A stretch of DNA of 50,209 nucleotides from an uncultured Candidatus Saccharibacteria bacterium (lineage in GTDB: Bacteria; Patescibacteriota; WWE3; 9FT-COMBO-53-11). A program made the translations under genes and the position numbers. The notes below the pieces were generated by a model, which worked only from the letters and a program-made list of their open reading frames with translations, ran no database searches and had not been told where the DNA came from. Each line of letters opens with the position of its first letter. The stretch's first letter is position 1. Shown piece by piece: positions 38,966-48,660 of this stretch. Where the stretch lies: NCBI GenBank assembly GCA_964348395.1, contig CAYGCK010000004.1, positions 1,568-51,776 on the forward strand, given 5' to 3'.

Positions 38966-41120
38966 TATTCCTAAGGGGACGAAGTGCGAACTTTGCGGGA
39001 TGCTGGCGGTTGAGGCCATCCGCGACGCCCAAGGCGTGACACACTTCTATTGCGAGCACCATGTTCCAGTGATCAGAGATCAGAGATCAGAAACCAGTGA
39101 ACAGGAGCATGCCGAGCATGGGAAAATGAAGCGTGGGGACCACGATTTGGGCAAACACGCAGGCCATACGCCCAATATGTTTCGAGACAGGTTTCTCGTT
39201 TCCCTTATCTTAACCGTACCAGTCCTGCTCTACTCTCCCCTCGTTTCCAGAGTTTTGGGGTTTCAGGCGCCGGAGTTTCCGGGTTCCTACCTCATCTCCC
39301 CGGCTCTGTCGACGGTTATTTTTGCCTACGGCGGGTTTGTTTTCCTCAAAGGCGCCTGGCGCGAGCTCAAAAGCGGGTTGCCGGGGATGATGACCCTCAT
39401 AAGCTTGGCTATAACCGTCGCCTTCTTGTACAGCATAGCGACTCTCTTTTACCCTTTAGGAGATCCCCTCTTTTGGGAGCTGACCTCTCTTATCACTATT
39501 ATGCTTCTCGGGCACTGGATTGAGATGCGCTCCGTTTCCTCGGCCTCCGGAGCCCTCAAGGAGCTTGCCAAGCTTCTCCCCGATACTGCCGAGCTTATGG
39601 TTGGCGAGTCTTCTACCAAAACGGTTTCGATTGAGGAGCTGTCGATGGGCGATCTGGTATTGGTTCGTCCGGGGGCTAAGATTCCGGCGGACGGGGTGAT
39701 AGTCGACGGGAAAACGTCGGTGAATGAGGCCATGGTCACGGGGGAATCCCTTCCGGTTGCAAAGAAGAAGGGTTCCAAGGTCATCGCAGGTACGGTCAAC
39801 GGGACCGGAGCTCTCAAGGTTAAGGTGGAAAGGATTGGTGAGGGGACCGCGCTTGCCGGGATTATGAGATTGGTCGCCGAAGCGCAGGCTTCTCGGTCCC
39901 GCATACAGGATTTGGCCGATCGAGCCGCCTATTATTTGACCTTGGTCGCCATTGGGGTTGGCACCCTAACGCTTTTGGTCTGGTTTTTCCTGATAGATAG
40001 GGAGTTTGCTTTTTCGCTGCAGAGAACGGTCGCGGTTTTGGTCATCACCTGTCCCCACGCCTTAGGTTTGGCTATCCCCCTTGTAACATCCATATCGACC
40101 ACACTTTCCGCGCGAAGCGGTCTTTTGATTAGAGAAAAGTTGGCGCTTGAGATGGCTCGGAATATCGATACCGTTCTTTTTGATAAAACCGGAACCTTGA
40201 CGACGGGAGAGCTTGGGGTAACCGATATTTTTACCACTCGCGGGTGGGACGAAAAGAAAGCACTGCGGTGGGACGCGTCTTTGGAGAAAATATCGGAACA
40301 CGCTATAGCGCGCGGTATATCCAAAGAGGCGGCGGATAGAGGGATTAAGCTTCTTAAGGTCGAGAGTGCGGAAGCGCTCCCGGGGCGCGGAATTAGCGGC
40401 AAGATACAGGGCAAACATGTCTACACCGGGGGTCCGGCACTGCTTGAGGAGCTCGGTATACCCGTGCCCAAGGAGCTTTCCTCCGCGGTTTCTAAGATGC
40501 AAAAGGAGGGAAAGACGGTGGTCTACCTAATTGTTTCTAAGAAGGTGGTTGCGGCCTTTGGCATCGCAGATAAAATTCGTCCTGAATCCGTCCACGCTAT
40601 AGCTCGGCTTCATGAGATGGGAGTTCGCGTTGCCATGATAACCGGGGATTCTGAATCGGTTGCCTCTTGGGTGGCGCGCGAACTAAAGATAGATGAGTTC
40701 TTTGCTCAAGTGTTGCCTCAGGATAAGGAAAAGATGGTTAGGAGGCTGCAGGAGGACGGGAGCCGTGTAGCCATGGTCGGGGATGGGATAAACGACGCGC
40801 CCGCCTTAACCTCCGCCGATGTAGGAATAGCGATTGGTGCGGGAACCGATGTGGCCGTCGAGTCCGCAGGAATAGTTCTTATAAAAAACGACCCGCGCGA
40901 CGTTGTCAAAATCATTAAACTGGCGCGCGCGAATTACCGAAAGATGGTAGAAAACTTGGCTTGGGCTACCGGTTATAACGTCTTTGCTATTCCCGCGGCC
41001 GCCGGTGTCTTTTTGCCGCTTGGGGTTGTACTCTCCCCCGCAGTAGCGGCGATTTTGATGTCCGCCTCAACCGTTATTGTTGCGGCCAACGCTCAGGCCT
41101 TGAGGCGTCTTGAACTTTGA
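38937..41120 (+). CDS. Copper-translocating P1B-type ATPase (CopB-like)
   Basis: His-rich N-terminus, TGES, CPHALGL, DKTGTLT, GDGINDAP, YN..MSAS. Confidence 0.92.
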   Translation: MKEKTQSKINIPKGTKCELCGMLAVEAIRDAQGVTHFYCEHHVPVIRDQRSETSEQEHAEHGKMKRGDHDLGKHAGHTPNMFRDRFLVSLILTVPVLLYSPLVSRVLGFQAPEFPGSYLISPALSTVIFAYGGFVFLKGAWRELKSGLPGMMTLISLAITVAFLYSIATLFYPLGDPLFWELTSLITIMLLGHWIEMRSVSSASGALKELAKLLPDTAELMVGESSTKTVSIEELSMGDLVLVRPGAKIPADGVIVDGKTSVNEAMVTGESLPVAKKKGSKVIAGTVNGTGALKVKVERIGEGTALAGIMRLVAEAQASRSRIQDLADRAAYYLTLVAIGVGTLTLLVWFFLIDREFAFSLQRTVAVLVITCPHALGLAIPLVTSISTTLSARSGLLIREKLALEMARNIDTVLFDKTGTLTTGELGVTDIFTTRGWDEKKALRWDASLEKISEHAIARGISKEAADRGIKLLKVESAEALPGRGISGKIQGKHVYTGGPALLEELGIPVPKELSSAVSKMQKEGKTVVYLIVSKKVVAAFGIADKIRPESVHAIARLHEMGVRVAMITGDSESVASWVARELKIDEFFAQVLPQDKEKMVRRLQEDGSRVAMVGDGINDAPALTSADVGIAIGAGTDVAVESAGIVLIKNDPRDVVKIIKLARANYRKMVENLAWATGYNVFAIPAAAGVFLPLGVVLSPAVAAILMSASTVIVAANAQALRRLEL
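39064..39105 (+). repeat. Heptamer tandem repeat (GATCAGA)x3 plus degenerate flanks in ATPase N-terminal linker
   Basis: ttccagt gatcaga gatcaga gatcaga aaccagt gaacagg. Confidence 0.85.
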
Positions 41121-41125
41121 GGCAA

Positions 41126-41299
41126 ATGGAGAAATCAGATAAGCAAGAATCAAACGGGACAAGCACTGAGAAGGAGGATTTAACTATTCCGCCCGGTCAA
41201 AGGTGTGAGCTTTGCACTATGTCCGCCGAGGTTGCAGTCAGGGATTCTGCAGGGACTATTCATTACTTTTGCTCCCATCACAAGACAGAATTTAGGTAA
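41126..41299 (+). CDS. Small Cys/His protein homologous to the ATPase N-terminal domain
   Basis: IPPGQRCELCTMSAEVAVRDSAGTIHYFCSHH vs ATPase IPKGTKCELCGMLAVEAIRDAQGVTHFYCEHH. Confidence 0.75.
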   Translation: MEKSDKQESNGTSTEKEDLTIPPGQRCELCTMSAEVAVRDSAGTIHYFCSHHKTEFR

Positions 41300-41316
41300 G
41301 GGAAATGGCGAGCTGC

Positions 41317-43905
41317 TTATTTCTTAGGTTTCGACTGATTCTTCCTCCCGCTGGGTTTTGCTTTTGACTTTGGTTTTTCTTTAGGTTTTTCTTGTACCTC
41401 TTCGCTCTCCAAAAACTCAATTCCCGAAACGCTGTCCCCTACCCCAAGGCGCATTAGGTAAACCCCCTGAGTCGCTCGTCCCAATATAGGAACCTGTTTG
41501 AGGGGTACCCTTATGACCTGCGCCTTCTCCGATATCAGAAGGAGGTCGTGCTTTCCGGTCCCCACAACCGCCGCCGAAACCAAGTCTCCGGTCTTCTTGG
41601 TTACTTTTGCCGTGAAGATACCGGTGCCTCCTCTGTTTTGGGTTTTGTACTCGCCGAGGCGGGTTCTTTTGCCAAGACCCCGCTCCGAGATGGTCAAAAG
41701 GTGTCCCTTCTCGTCACCTATCACCTCGGTCGCAATGACGTAATCGTCCTTGCCCAGCTTTATCCCTCGTACCCCGCGCGCCGAACGTCCCATGGATCTG
41801 ACCTGTTTTTCGGGAAATCTGATAGATTTTCCTTTTCTGGTGACCAGGATCACCTCATCCCGTCCGGTGGTGGGTTTGACCCAAACCAAACCCTCTTTGG
41901 GTTTTAGCCTTATCGCCATGATTCCGGTTCGGCGGATGTTTTGAAACTGGTCTATAGCGGTCTTTTTGACAGTTCCTTGATCGGTAGCCATTAAAAGGTA
42001 AGCCGGGTGCTCTTCCTTTTTCTTAGGAAGTGGGAGCATTACGACAACCTTCTCCTCCGGCTCGAGATTTAATAGGTTTACTATCGCAGTGCCCTTAGCC
42101 TGGCGGGAGGCTTCGGGAACCTCGTAGGCCCTTTGTTTATAGACGCGCCCTTTGTTTGTAAAGAAGAGTATTTCGTCGTGGGTTGAGGCAGAAAGGATTT
42201 GGGAGATATAATCCTCATCCTTTGTTTTCATCCCCACAACTCCCTTCCCCCCACGTTGCTGTCTTTTGTAAGTGGTTTCCCTAAGCCGCTTGATATACCC
42301 TCCATCGGTCAGGGTTACGAAAACGCTCTCTTCCGGCACCAGCTCCTCCTCCTTAAATTCTCCCACCGCTTGTTTGAATACCTTTGTACGCCTCTCGTCG
42401 CCGTAGGTTTCTTTGATTTCCTCAAATTCCCTGTCCATCTCCTCGTAGACGTTTTTGGGCGCCGAAAGAAGGGTTTCCAAGCGCTCTATCTCCTCCAAAA
42501 TGTCCTTTAGCTCCTGCTCGATCTTCTCACGCTCTAGCGCCGACAATCTCTTAAGGGGCATGTCCAGAATGGCTTGGGCTTGAATTTCCGTAAGAGTGAA
42601 CTTTTTAACCAGGTTTGCACGCGCGTCCTCTGTATCTTTCGACTTTTTGATGGTTGCGATAACCTCGTCTAAATGGTCAAGGGCAATCTTCAAACCCTGC
42701 AGTATGTGCTCCCTTTCTTTCGCCTTACCGAGTAAGAATTTTGTTCGCCGAACAATGATTATGTAACGGTGTTTCAAAAACTCCTCCAAGATCCCTTTAA
42801 GCGTCAGGACTTGGGGTTGTCCATGTACAAGTGCCACCATATTGGCGTGGAAGATGGTTTGCAGGTCCGTGTGCTTGTAGAGATAATTCAAGACCGCCTG
42901 CGGTCTCGCATCGCGTTTGAGTTCAATAACCACGCGAACACCTTCCCTGTCGGATTCGTCGCGAAGAGCCGCGATACCCTTGACCTTATCCTTTCTAACA
43001 AGCTCCGCCATCTTGGAGAGGAGGTTTGCTTTGTTGACTTGATAGGGAAGCTCGGTCGCGATAATCTTTGTCTTCCCGTCCTCTTCTACTATTTCCGCTT
43101 TTGCTCGAATAGCGACACTGCCCTTACCGGTAGCGTAGGTGTGGGCTATCTCTTCCTGTCCGTAGATTTGGGCTCCCGTGGGGAAATCAGGGCCGGTGAT
43201 GAACTCCAGAAGGTCGTCGACCGCCAGGCTGTAGGAGACCTCCGGGTTATCGGTTTCCCCTTCTATCTTGGCGGTTTTTATCATCGCACCAAGTGCATCC
43301 ATAAGCTCAGCAAGGTTATGGGGTGGTATGTTTGTGGCCATCCCGACTGCGATGCCGGAGGAGCCGCTTAAAAGAAGGTTTGGTATCGAGGAGGGTAGGA
43401 CTCCGGGTTCCGTGGTTGTAGCGTCGTAGTTTTGGGAAAAATCGACGGTATCGCGGTCTATATCGGCCAAAAGCTCCTCGGAGATAGGGGCCAAGCGGCA
43501 CTCGGTGTATCGCATAGCGGCCGGAGGGTCCCCGTCGAGCGAGCCGAAGTTTCCTTGTCCGTCTACCAGGGGGTAGCGTACCGAGAAGGGCTGTCCCATG
43601 CGAACCAGAGCGTCGTAGATTGACATATCACTGTGTGGGTGATATTTCTTCATGACCTCGCCGACGACCGCGGCACACTTGGAGTATTTGGAGGTCGGTC
43701 CCATACCCTGCTCCCGCATAGCGTAGATTATCCGGCGTTGAACAGGTTTTAAACCGTCACGAGCGTCCGGAAGCGCGCGGGCGACAATAACGCTCATAGC
43801 GTAGTCCAGGTACGCCTTTTCCATCTCCGAAGTAACGGGAACTTCTAGAATCCGCTCTTCTCTTTCGGGTAAATCCTTTTCGCTTTTCTCTAACTTTTCG
43901 GCCAT
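41317..43905 (-). CDS. gyrA: DNA gyrase subunit A
   Basis: [31 protein letters not shown], GyrA-box QQRGGKG. Confidence 0.97.
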   Translation of the reverse strand: MAEKLEKSEKDLPEREERILEVPVTSEMEKAYLDYAMSVIVARALPDARDGLKPVQRRIIYAMREQGMGPTSKYSKCAAVVGEVMKKYHPHSDMSIYDALVRMGQPFSVRYPLVDGQGNFGSLDGDPPAAMRYTECRLAPISEELLADIDRDTVDFSQNYDATTTEPGVLPSSIPNLLLSGSSGIAVGMATNIPPHNLAELMDALGAMIKTAKIEGETDNPEVSYSLAVDDLLEFITGPDFPTGAQIYGQEEIAHTYATGKGSVAIRAKAEIVEEDGKTKIIATELPYQVNKANLLSKMAELVRKDKVKGIAALRDESDREGVRVVIELKRDARPQAVLNYLYKHTDLQTIFHANMVALVHGQPQVLTLKGILEEFLKHRYIIIVRRTKFLLGKAKEREHILQGLKIALDHLDEVIATIKKSKDTEDARANLVKKFTLTEIQAQAILDMPLKRLSALEREKIEQELKDILEEIERLETLLSAPKNVYEEMDREFEEIKETYGDERRTKVFKQAVGEFKEEELVPEESVFVTLTDGGYIKRLRETTYKRQQRGGKGVVGMKTKDEDYISQILSASTHDEILFFTNKGRVYKQRAYEVPEASRQAKGTAIVNLLNLEPEEKVVVMLPLPKKKEEHPAYLLMATDQGTVKKTAIDQFQNIRRTGIMAIRLKPKEGLVWVKPTTGRDEVILVTRKGKSIRFPEKQVRSMGRSARGVRGIKLGKDDYVIATEVIGDEKGHLLTISERGLGKRTRLGEYKTQNRGGTGIFTAKVTKKTGDLVSAAVVGTGKHDLLLISEKAQVIRVPLKQVPILGRATQGVYLMRLGVGDSVSGIEFLESEEVQEKPKEKPKSKAKPSGRKNQSKPKK

Positions 43906-44014
43906 AGGATGCTCAAGTTAACGGTTAATTTGACGGTCGCCTCAGGCGATCTAGAAATTTCGCTAACACTACAGTTTAACAAATTTTTTACTGGAGTGGA
44001 AGAGTCTAGGAGCG

Positions 44015-44839
44015 TCATTTTTCGGCCTTGTCGCCGCAGATTTTTTGGGCCTCGGCTTTAACTTTAACGCGTTTGCTCTTGGGAATGAGTGTCAGGTTTT
44101 TAAGAAGCTCCTTACAAGTTACGATATCCTCTTCAAGAAGGGTTTGTTTGTCGCTTTGACTTAAGGTTTCAAGTGCCGTCACCGGGTAAAGCCCGGTTTT
44201 CTCAACAAGATACCTCAAGCTGAAATTTTGCGGATAATCCCAGCTTATAACCTTGATTCCTACGCAGCTTGAGTAACGCCTTGCCTCCCGTGTTACGCGG
44301 GTGTTTGTCACGAGCCACCCCTCCTCAAACCCGTCGGCTTGCGATATGTCCAAGAATCTGCCGTATACATACAGTGCAACTTTTGTGTCCGTTTTGAGAC
44401 CCGTTCTATTGTGGAATTTGGCCTCTACCATGTAGCGCTTACCTCCTTTTTGTGCCACGATATCGACCTCGTGATCAACGCAGCGGCCTTGCACGGTTTC
44501 CCCAACCTTAACTTTAAATCCTTCTTCAGCAAGAATTTTGGCAAAGAATTTTTCAAATGGGTAACCGGAGGGACCCAGACTCATGACCGCTCTTTTTAGG
44601 TTATATTTGGAAGCTAGGTGCACGCCGCGACTCCTCAAATGCTCGAATACGTGCTTGTAAATTTCATGGGTGGTTATCCCGTCGTAGAGCTCCTTTTCCA
44701 ATATCTTTATAACGTCGTCCGCGACTCCTTTTTGGACTCCGACCCGTTTAAGTGATGCTCTTACCTTCTCCTCGGAAAAAGGCTCGTATTCACCGGAGGC
44801 TTTTTTGACTTGGACGCTTTTTGAAGCGGTCTTGGACAC
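44015..44839 (-). CDS. ATP-cone plus PD-(D/E)xK (Mrr-like) endonuclease domain protein
   Basis: VKKASGEYEPFSEEK ATP cone; GYPFEKF, HEVDIVA, VEAK, LVTN. Confidence 0.8.
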   Translation of the reverse strand: MSKTASKSVQVKKASGEYEPFSEEKVRASLKRVGVQKGVADDVIKILEKELYDGITTHEIYKHVFEHLRSRGVHLASKYNLKRAVMSLGPSGYPFEKFFAKILAEEGFKVKVGETVQGRCVDHEVDIVAQKGGKRYMVEAKFHNRTGLKTDTKVALYVYGRFLDISQADGFEEGWLVTNTRVTREARRYSSCVGIKVISWDYPQNFSLRYLVEKTGLYPVTALETLSQSDKQTLLEEDIVTCKELLKNLTLIPKSKRVKVKAEAQKICGDKAEK

Positions 44840-44849
44840 GTTAGATATT

Positions 44850-45914
44850 CTACCAGTTAACCGGGGCCTCCAACGTGAGATCGGGAACCCTTTCTACCTT
44901 TTGTACATCGCGGACAATATCTCCCCGCTTGGCTTTAAAGTAAGCGGCAACTCCGATCATCGCGGCGTTGTCGGTTAAAAGAGAGTTGCTAAAGGGGATA
45001 TGAAGTGGAATTTTGAAGCGTTCGGCAAGTCTTTTAACCTCGGTCTGTAATCGCCGGTTGTTTATTACTCCCCCGCCTATAAGTAGCATCTTGGGCTTGT
45101 ATTTGAGAACGGCGCGTCGCAGTTTATCAACCAGATGGGCGACCGCGGCCGCTTGAAAGGAAGCCGCAAAGTCCGTCTTTTTCGCCCTGGTCAATTTACC
45201 CAGTTTTTGCGCCTCATAAAGGCACGCGGTCTTTAGCCCCGAGTAGGAGAAGTTTAGGTCTCCGGATTGCTTAAGAGGTACGGGAAATTTAAAGGCTTTA
45301 CTGTCCCCTTTTTGGGCAAGTCGTGATAGCTGTGGACCTCCGGGGTAAGGGAGGTCGAGAATTCTCGCCACCTTGTCGAACGCCTCCCCGGCCGCGTCGT
45401 CCAAGGTTTGCCCCACAAGTTCGTAGTCTCCGAAATCCCGTACCAAGACAAGCTCGGTGTGCCCTCCGGAGACCAGGAGTCCAAGCGCCGGAAATTGAGG
45501 ATTGTCCACTCCAAAGTTCCCGTCCTCGTCTTTGGCGAAGGGCGACAGAAGGTGCCCTTCCATATGATCTACCGCTATGAGGGGCTTCTTATGCTCTTTG
45601 GCGAGTTCCTTGGCTTTGGCGACCCCTACCTCCAAGGCGACCGCCAGACCGGGACCGACGGTCACGGCGACCGCGTCGATTTCCTCTATATCCAACCCGG
45701 CCTTGCCCAGTGCATCCTTGAGCGTGGGGTCGATGAGCTTTTTGTGCTCTCGACGCGCCGTGGTCGGGTCGACCCCTCCGAAGAGCGCGTGGAGTTTGGC
45801 CTGCGATGCTATCGCGTTGGAGAGGATCCTAGCTTCGTGGGTTACGGCGACTGCGGTTTCGTCACAGGAAGTATCTATGCTTAAGATCTTCGTTACCTTA
45901 GGAGATTTCTTCAT
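44850..45914 (-). CDS. tsaD: tRNA N6-threonylcarbamoyltransferase
   Basis: IDTSCDET, GPGL, HMEGH, VSGGHT, DDAAGEAFDK, TDNAAMIG. Confidence 0.96.
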   Translation of the reverse strand: MKKSPKVTKILSIDTSCDETAVAVTHEARILSNAIASQAKLHALFGGVDPTTARREHKKLIDPTLKDALGKAGLDIEEIDAVAVTVGPGLAVALEVGVAKAKELAKEHKKPLIAVDHMEGHLLSPFAKDEDGNFGVDNPQFPALGLLVSGGHTELVLVRDFGDYELVGQTLDDAAGEAFDKVARILDLPYPGGPQLSRLAQKGDSKAFKFPVPLKQSGDLNFSYSGLKTACLYEAQKLGKLTRAKKTDFAASFQAAAVAHLVDKLRRAVLKYKPKMLLIGGGVINNRRLQTEVKRLAERFKIPLHIPFSNSLLTDNAAMIGVAAYFKAKRGDIVRDVQKVERVPDLTLEAPVNW

Positions 45915-46371
45915 ACTCTATCTCCCTCGCGTTTTTCCTTTTGTGCCGAAATACCACTCGAACGCAATTGACGTCCCCCATCTTACAGATTTGATCGATC
46001 AATTTGGGCGCTTTCTGCGCCCATTCAATAACCAGGATATTAGGCGGCTCGACCAGATCGACGATTTTTAGTTTTTCGATTTCGGCCTCGTCACTGGTTC
46101 GCCAAAGGTCCACGTGGAAAAGCTTCCCCTTATTTGCGTTCAGGTTGAAAAAGTATTCACGGACTAGGATATACCCCGGCGAACGCACAGGTCGCGGCAC
46201 CTCCAAAATCTCCTCCATACCCTTGGTGAAGGTGGTCTTGCCGGTTCCCAATTCGCCCTCGAGAGCCAAAACCAACGGCTTTTCCTTTAAATCAAAAGAG
46301 TACTTACCGACCAGCTTTTCGGCGAGTCTCCAGGTTTGCTGTATGGAGTGGGATACAATCTTGGTCGACAT
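45898..46371 (-). CDS. tsaE: t6A biosynthesis ATPase
   Basis: GELGTGKTTF, VRSP, HVDLWR, IEWA. Confidence 0.92.
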   Translation of the reverse strand: MSTKIVSHSIQQTWRLAEKLVGKYSFDLKEKPLVLALEGELGTGKTTFTKGMEEILEVPRPVRSPGYILVREYFFNLNANKGKLFHVDLWRTSDEAEIEKLKIVDLVEPPNILVIEWAQKAPKLIDQICKMGDVNCVRVVFRHKRKNAREIEYEEIS

Positions 46372-46380
46372 GCCCGGGGG

Positions 46381-46710
46381 CTACTTGCTCGTCAGTTTTC
46401 TGTAGGTTTCGGCGTCTTGCTTTTTGAGTTCTCCGCTTTTTTCCATTTCGTCAATCCTCTCCTTGGTAAGATTTCGGTTGACGATATCCAAGGTTATAAG
46501 CTTCTCCCGTAGTCTATTCATCTCGGTCTTTAACTTGCCCTCTCCCTTGACCAATCCAGAGATTCGCTTGACGTCTTCCAGAAGTCCTTTGGTGTAGTCG
46601 TCGAGAATCTTCTTGACGCGCGTGGCGCTTCGGTTCTGGGCTACGGCGAAAAGCAGAGATAGGATTGTCGCCGCTCCGAAAAATATTGTGAAGTAGTTTT
46701 GAGTCGGCAT
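46381..46710 (-). CDS. Hypothetical protein with N-terminal TM and coiled coil
   Basis: Hydrophobic N-terminus from ATG 46710. Confidence 0.6.
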   Translation of the reverse strand: MPTQNYFTIFFGAATILSLLFAVAQNRSATRVKKILDDYTKGLLEDVKRISGLVKGEGKLKTEMNRLREKLITLDIVNRNLTKERIDEMEKSGELKKQDAETYRKLTSK

Positions 46711-46775
46711 TTTCCCTATGAGTTTCGCACGAAAACCGTCCTCCAATCAAGCGCGGTATGCTACCTTAAAAGTTA

Positions 46776-47543
46776 ATGGAGAGCCTAACCTTAAAAGACA
46801 AAAAAGAGATTCCGATCCTGGGTTTTGGTACCTGGCCTCTTCGCGGTTCTTTATGCACCAAAGCGCTTCGCACCGCGCTCGAGGTCGGCTACCGCCATAT
46901 CGATACCGCCGACTACTACAGGAATCACAGGGACATAGCCAAAGCTCTTGAGGGAAGCGGCGTCCCCCGGGAGGAGCTTTTCATAGTCACCAAGCTCATG
47001 CCTCCCCGACTCGGGAGAGAAGACGTTTTAGCGGCTGGGAAAAGGTTTCTGGAGGAGCTCGGAACCGAGTATCTCGACCTACTTCTCATCCACTGGCCCA
47101 CCGCTTCCGTCCCGCTTGAGGAGACTCTTGGGGCGATGCACGAGCTTATGGAGGCCGGAGTTACCAAGTCACTGGGCGTTTCTAACTTCACGATTGAGGA
47201 CACGCGCAAGGCGCTGGAGACCGGATTTGAGGTGGTCAACAACCAAGTAGAGTTTCACCCGCGCTTGAAGCCCGCGGATTTAAGGGAGTTTTGCGAGCAA
47301 AATGATGTGGTCGTGACCGCCTACTCCCCCTTGGATAAGGGGCGCTCCCTCGAGCTTTCTCTTGTTAAAGAGCTTTCCGAAAAGTACCAAAAACCGGCTT
47401 CGCAGGTGGTCTTAAATTGGGTTATGCAAAAGGGTATGGTCGCGATTCCCGCCTCCTCCAACCCCGAGCATATAGAGGAGAATTTTGACTCGCTTGAGTG
47501 GAAGCTAGAGGAGGAGGATATAGCGCGGGTAGACGCTATTTAG
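46776..47543 (+). CDS. Aldo/keto reductase
   Basis: LGFGTW, GYRHIDTADYY, TK, LDLLLIHWP, GVSNF, NQVEFHP, AYSPL. Confidence 0.93.
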   Translation: MESLTLKDKKEIPILGFGTWPLRGSLCTKALRTALEVGYRHIDTADYYRNHRDIAKALEGSGVPREELFIVTKLMPPRLGREDVLAAGKRFLEELGTEYLDLLLIHWPTASVPLEETLGAMHELMEAGVTKSLGVSNFTIEDTRKALETGFEVVNNQVEFHPRLKPADLREFCEQNDVVVTAYSPLDKGRSLELSLVKELSEKYQKPASQVVLNWVMQKGMVAIPASSNPEHIEENFDSLEWKLEEEDIARVDAI

Positions 47544-48198
47544 CCTTGGGCCAGATCCTTGCCGCCTTGGGGTAAAGCTTGGTCAGGGAGTGGTCGTCGC
47601 ACTCGTGCATCCTCGCCGGGCAGACCTCGCGTCCGTATTGGATTATCCGGTAGGTAAAGTCGAACCAATCCTTTCGTGGTAAAAGCTTCATGAGATCCTG
47701 CTCGATTTTTTTGGGGTCGGAGCTATCGGTTAGGTCAAACTTAAGGGCAAAACGCCTAACATGCGTGTCGACCGCTATCCCCTCGACCTTCCCGTAGGCG
47801 TTGCCCAGGATAATATTGGCGGTTTTTCGCGCGACGCCGGGGAGCTTGAGGAGTTCCTCCATGGTGTCGGGGACCTTGCCTTGGTGCTTCTCTTTGATGA
47901 GTTTTGCGCTCGCGAGGATGTTTTTGGCTTTGTTTTTGTAAAAACCGGTCGGCTTTATATCCTGCTCAAACTCTTTTTGGTTCGCCTTCACGTAATCCTC
48001 CAGTGTTTTGTACTTCTTAAAGAGGGTACTGGTTACCTCGTTGATCTTTTTGTCCGTGCATTGGGCAGATAAGACCACGGCGATCAAGAGTTCAAAGTTA
48101 TTTCTGTACTTGAGGGCAATTCTGGCGTTGGGATAGAGCTCTTTAAGCCTATCGTTAATCGCGAGCGCGCGTTTTTTCCGTTCCTCAAGTTTGCCCAT
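47536..48198 (-). CDS. nth: Endonuclease III
   Basis: ELLIAVVLSAQCTD, HhH LPGVARKTAN, AVDTHV. Confidence 0.93.
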   Translation of the reverse strand: MGKLEERKKRALAINDRLKELYPNARIALKYRNNFELLIAVVLSAQCTDKKINEVTSTLFKKYKTLEDYVKANQKEFEQDIKPTGFYKNKAKNILASAKLIKEKHQGKVPDTMEELLKLPGVARKTANIILGNAYGKVEGIAVDTHVRRFALKFDLTDSSDPKKIEQDLMKLLPRKDWFDFTYRIIQYGREVCPARMHECDDHSLTKLYPKAARIWPKAK

Positions 48199-48234
48199 AT
48201 TGGTTAGTTCAAGTATGTCACATGGGGTACAATT

Positions 48235-48657
48235 ATGTTCGATATGGGTCAAGCCGTGGCCAGGACAAAGGTTATCCTGTGTCTCATAGAAAAAGGCGGA
48301 AAATTTCTTCTTATTCGGAGAAAACTCCCCTCTTTTGGCGTCGAGTGGGCCTTCCCCGGCGGGGTTATGGACGAGGGCGAGACCGAAGCCAAGTGCGCGC
48401 TTCGCGAAGCTCAGGAAGAGGTCAAGCTGGATGTGGAGGTCAAGGAGAAACTATTGGAGCGAAAGCACCCCAATACCTTTGTGAACGTCTCCTACTTTCA
48501 CTGCACCCCCAAGGGAAGCGCAGTTGCCAAGGTTGGGCAAGACCACGAGATAGCCGAGGTCGAGTGGGTACCCGCCTCCGAGGTTCTCGGACGCTTTACC
48601 TCCGACGTTCACCCCACGATTGAGAAATTCATCCTCTCCAAAGCCAAGGGAAAGTAA
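48235..48657 (+). CDS. Nudix hydrolase (MutT-like)
   Basis: WAFPGGVMDEGETEAKCALREAQEEV. Confidence 0.88.
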   Translation: MFDMGQAVARTKVILCLIEKGGKFLLIRRKLPSFGVEWAFPGGVMDEGETEAKCALREAQEEVKLDVEVKEKLLERKHPNTFVNVSYFHCTPKGSAVAKVGQDHEIAEVEWVPASEVLGRFTSDVHPTIEKFILSKAKGK

Positions 48658-48660
48658 GGG

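Noticed and set aside
44015..44839. ATP-cone nuclease as part of a defence island
   Set aside because: Single gene between tsaD and gyrA with no methylase or other defence genes nearby; function left open.
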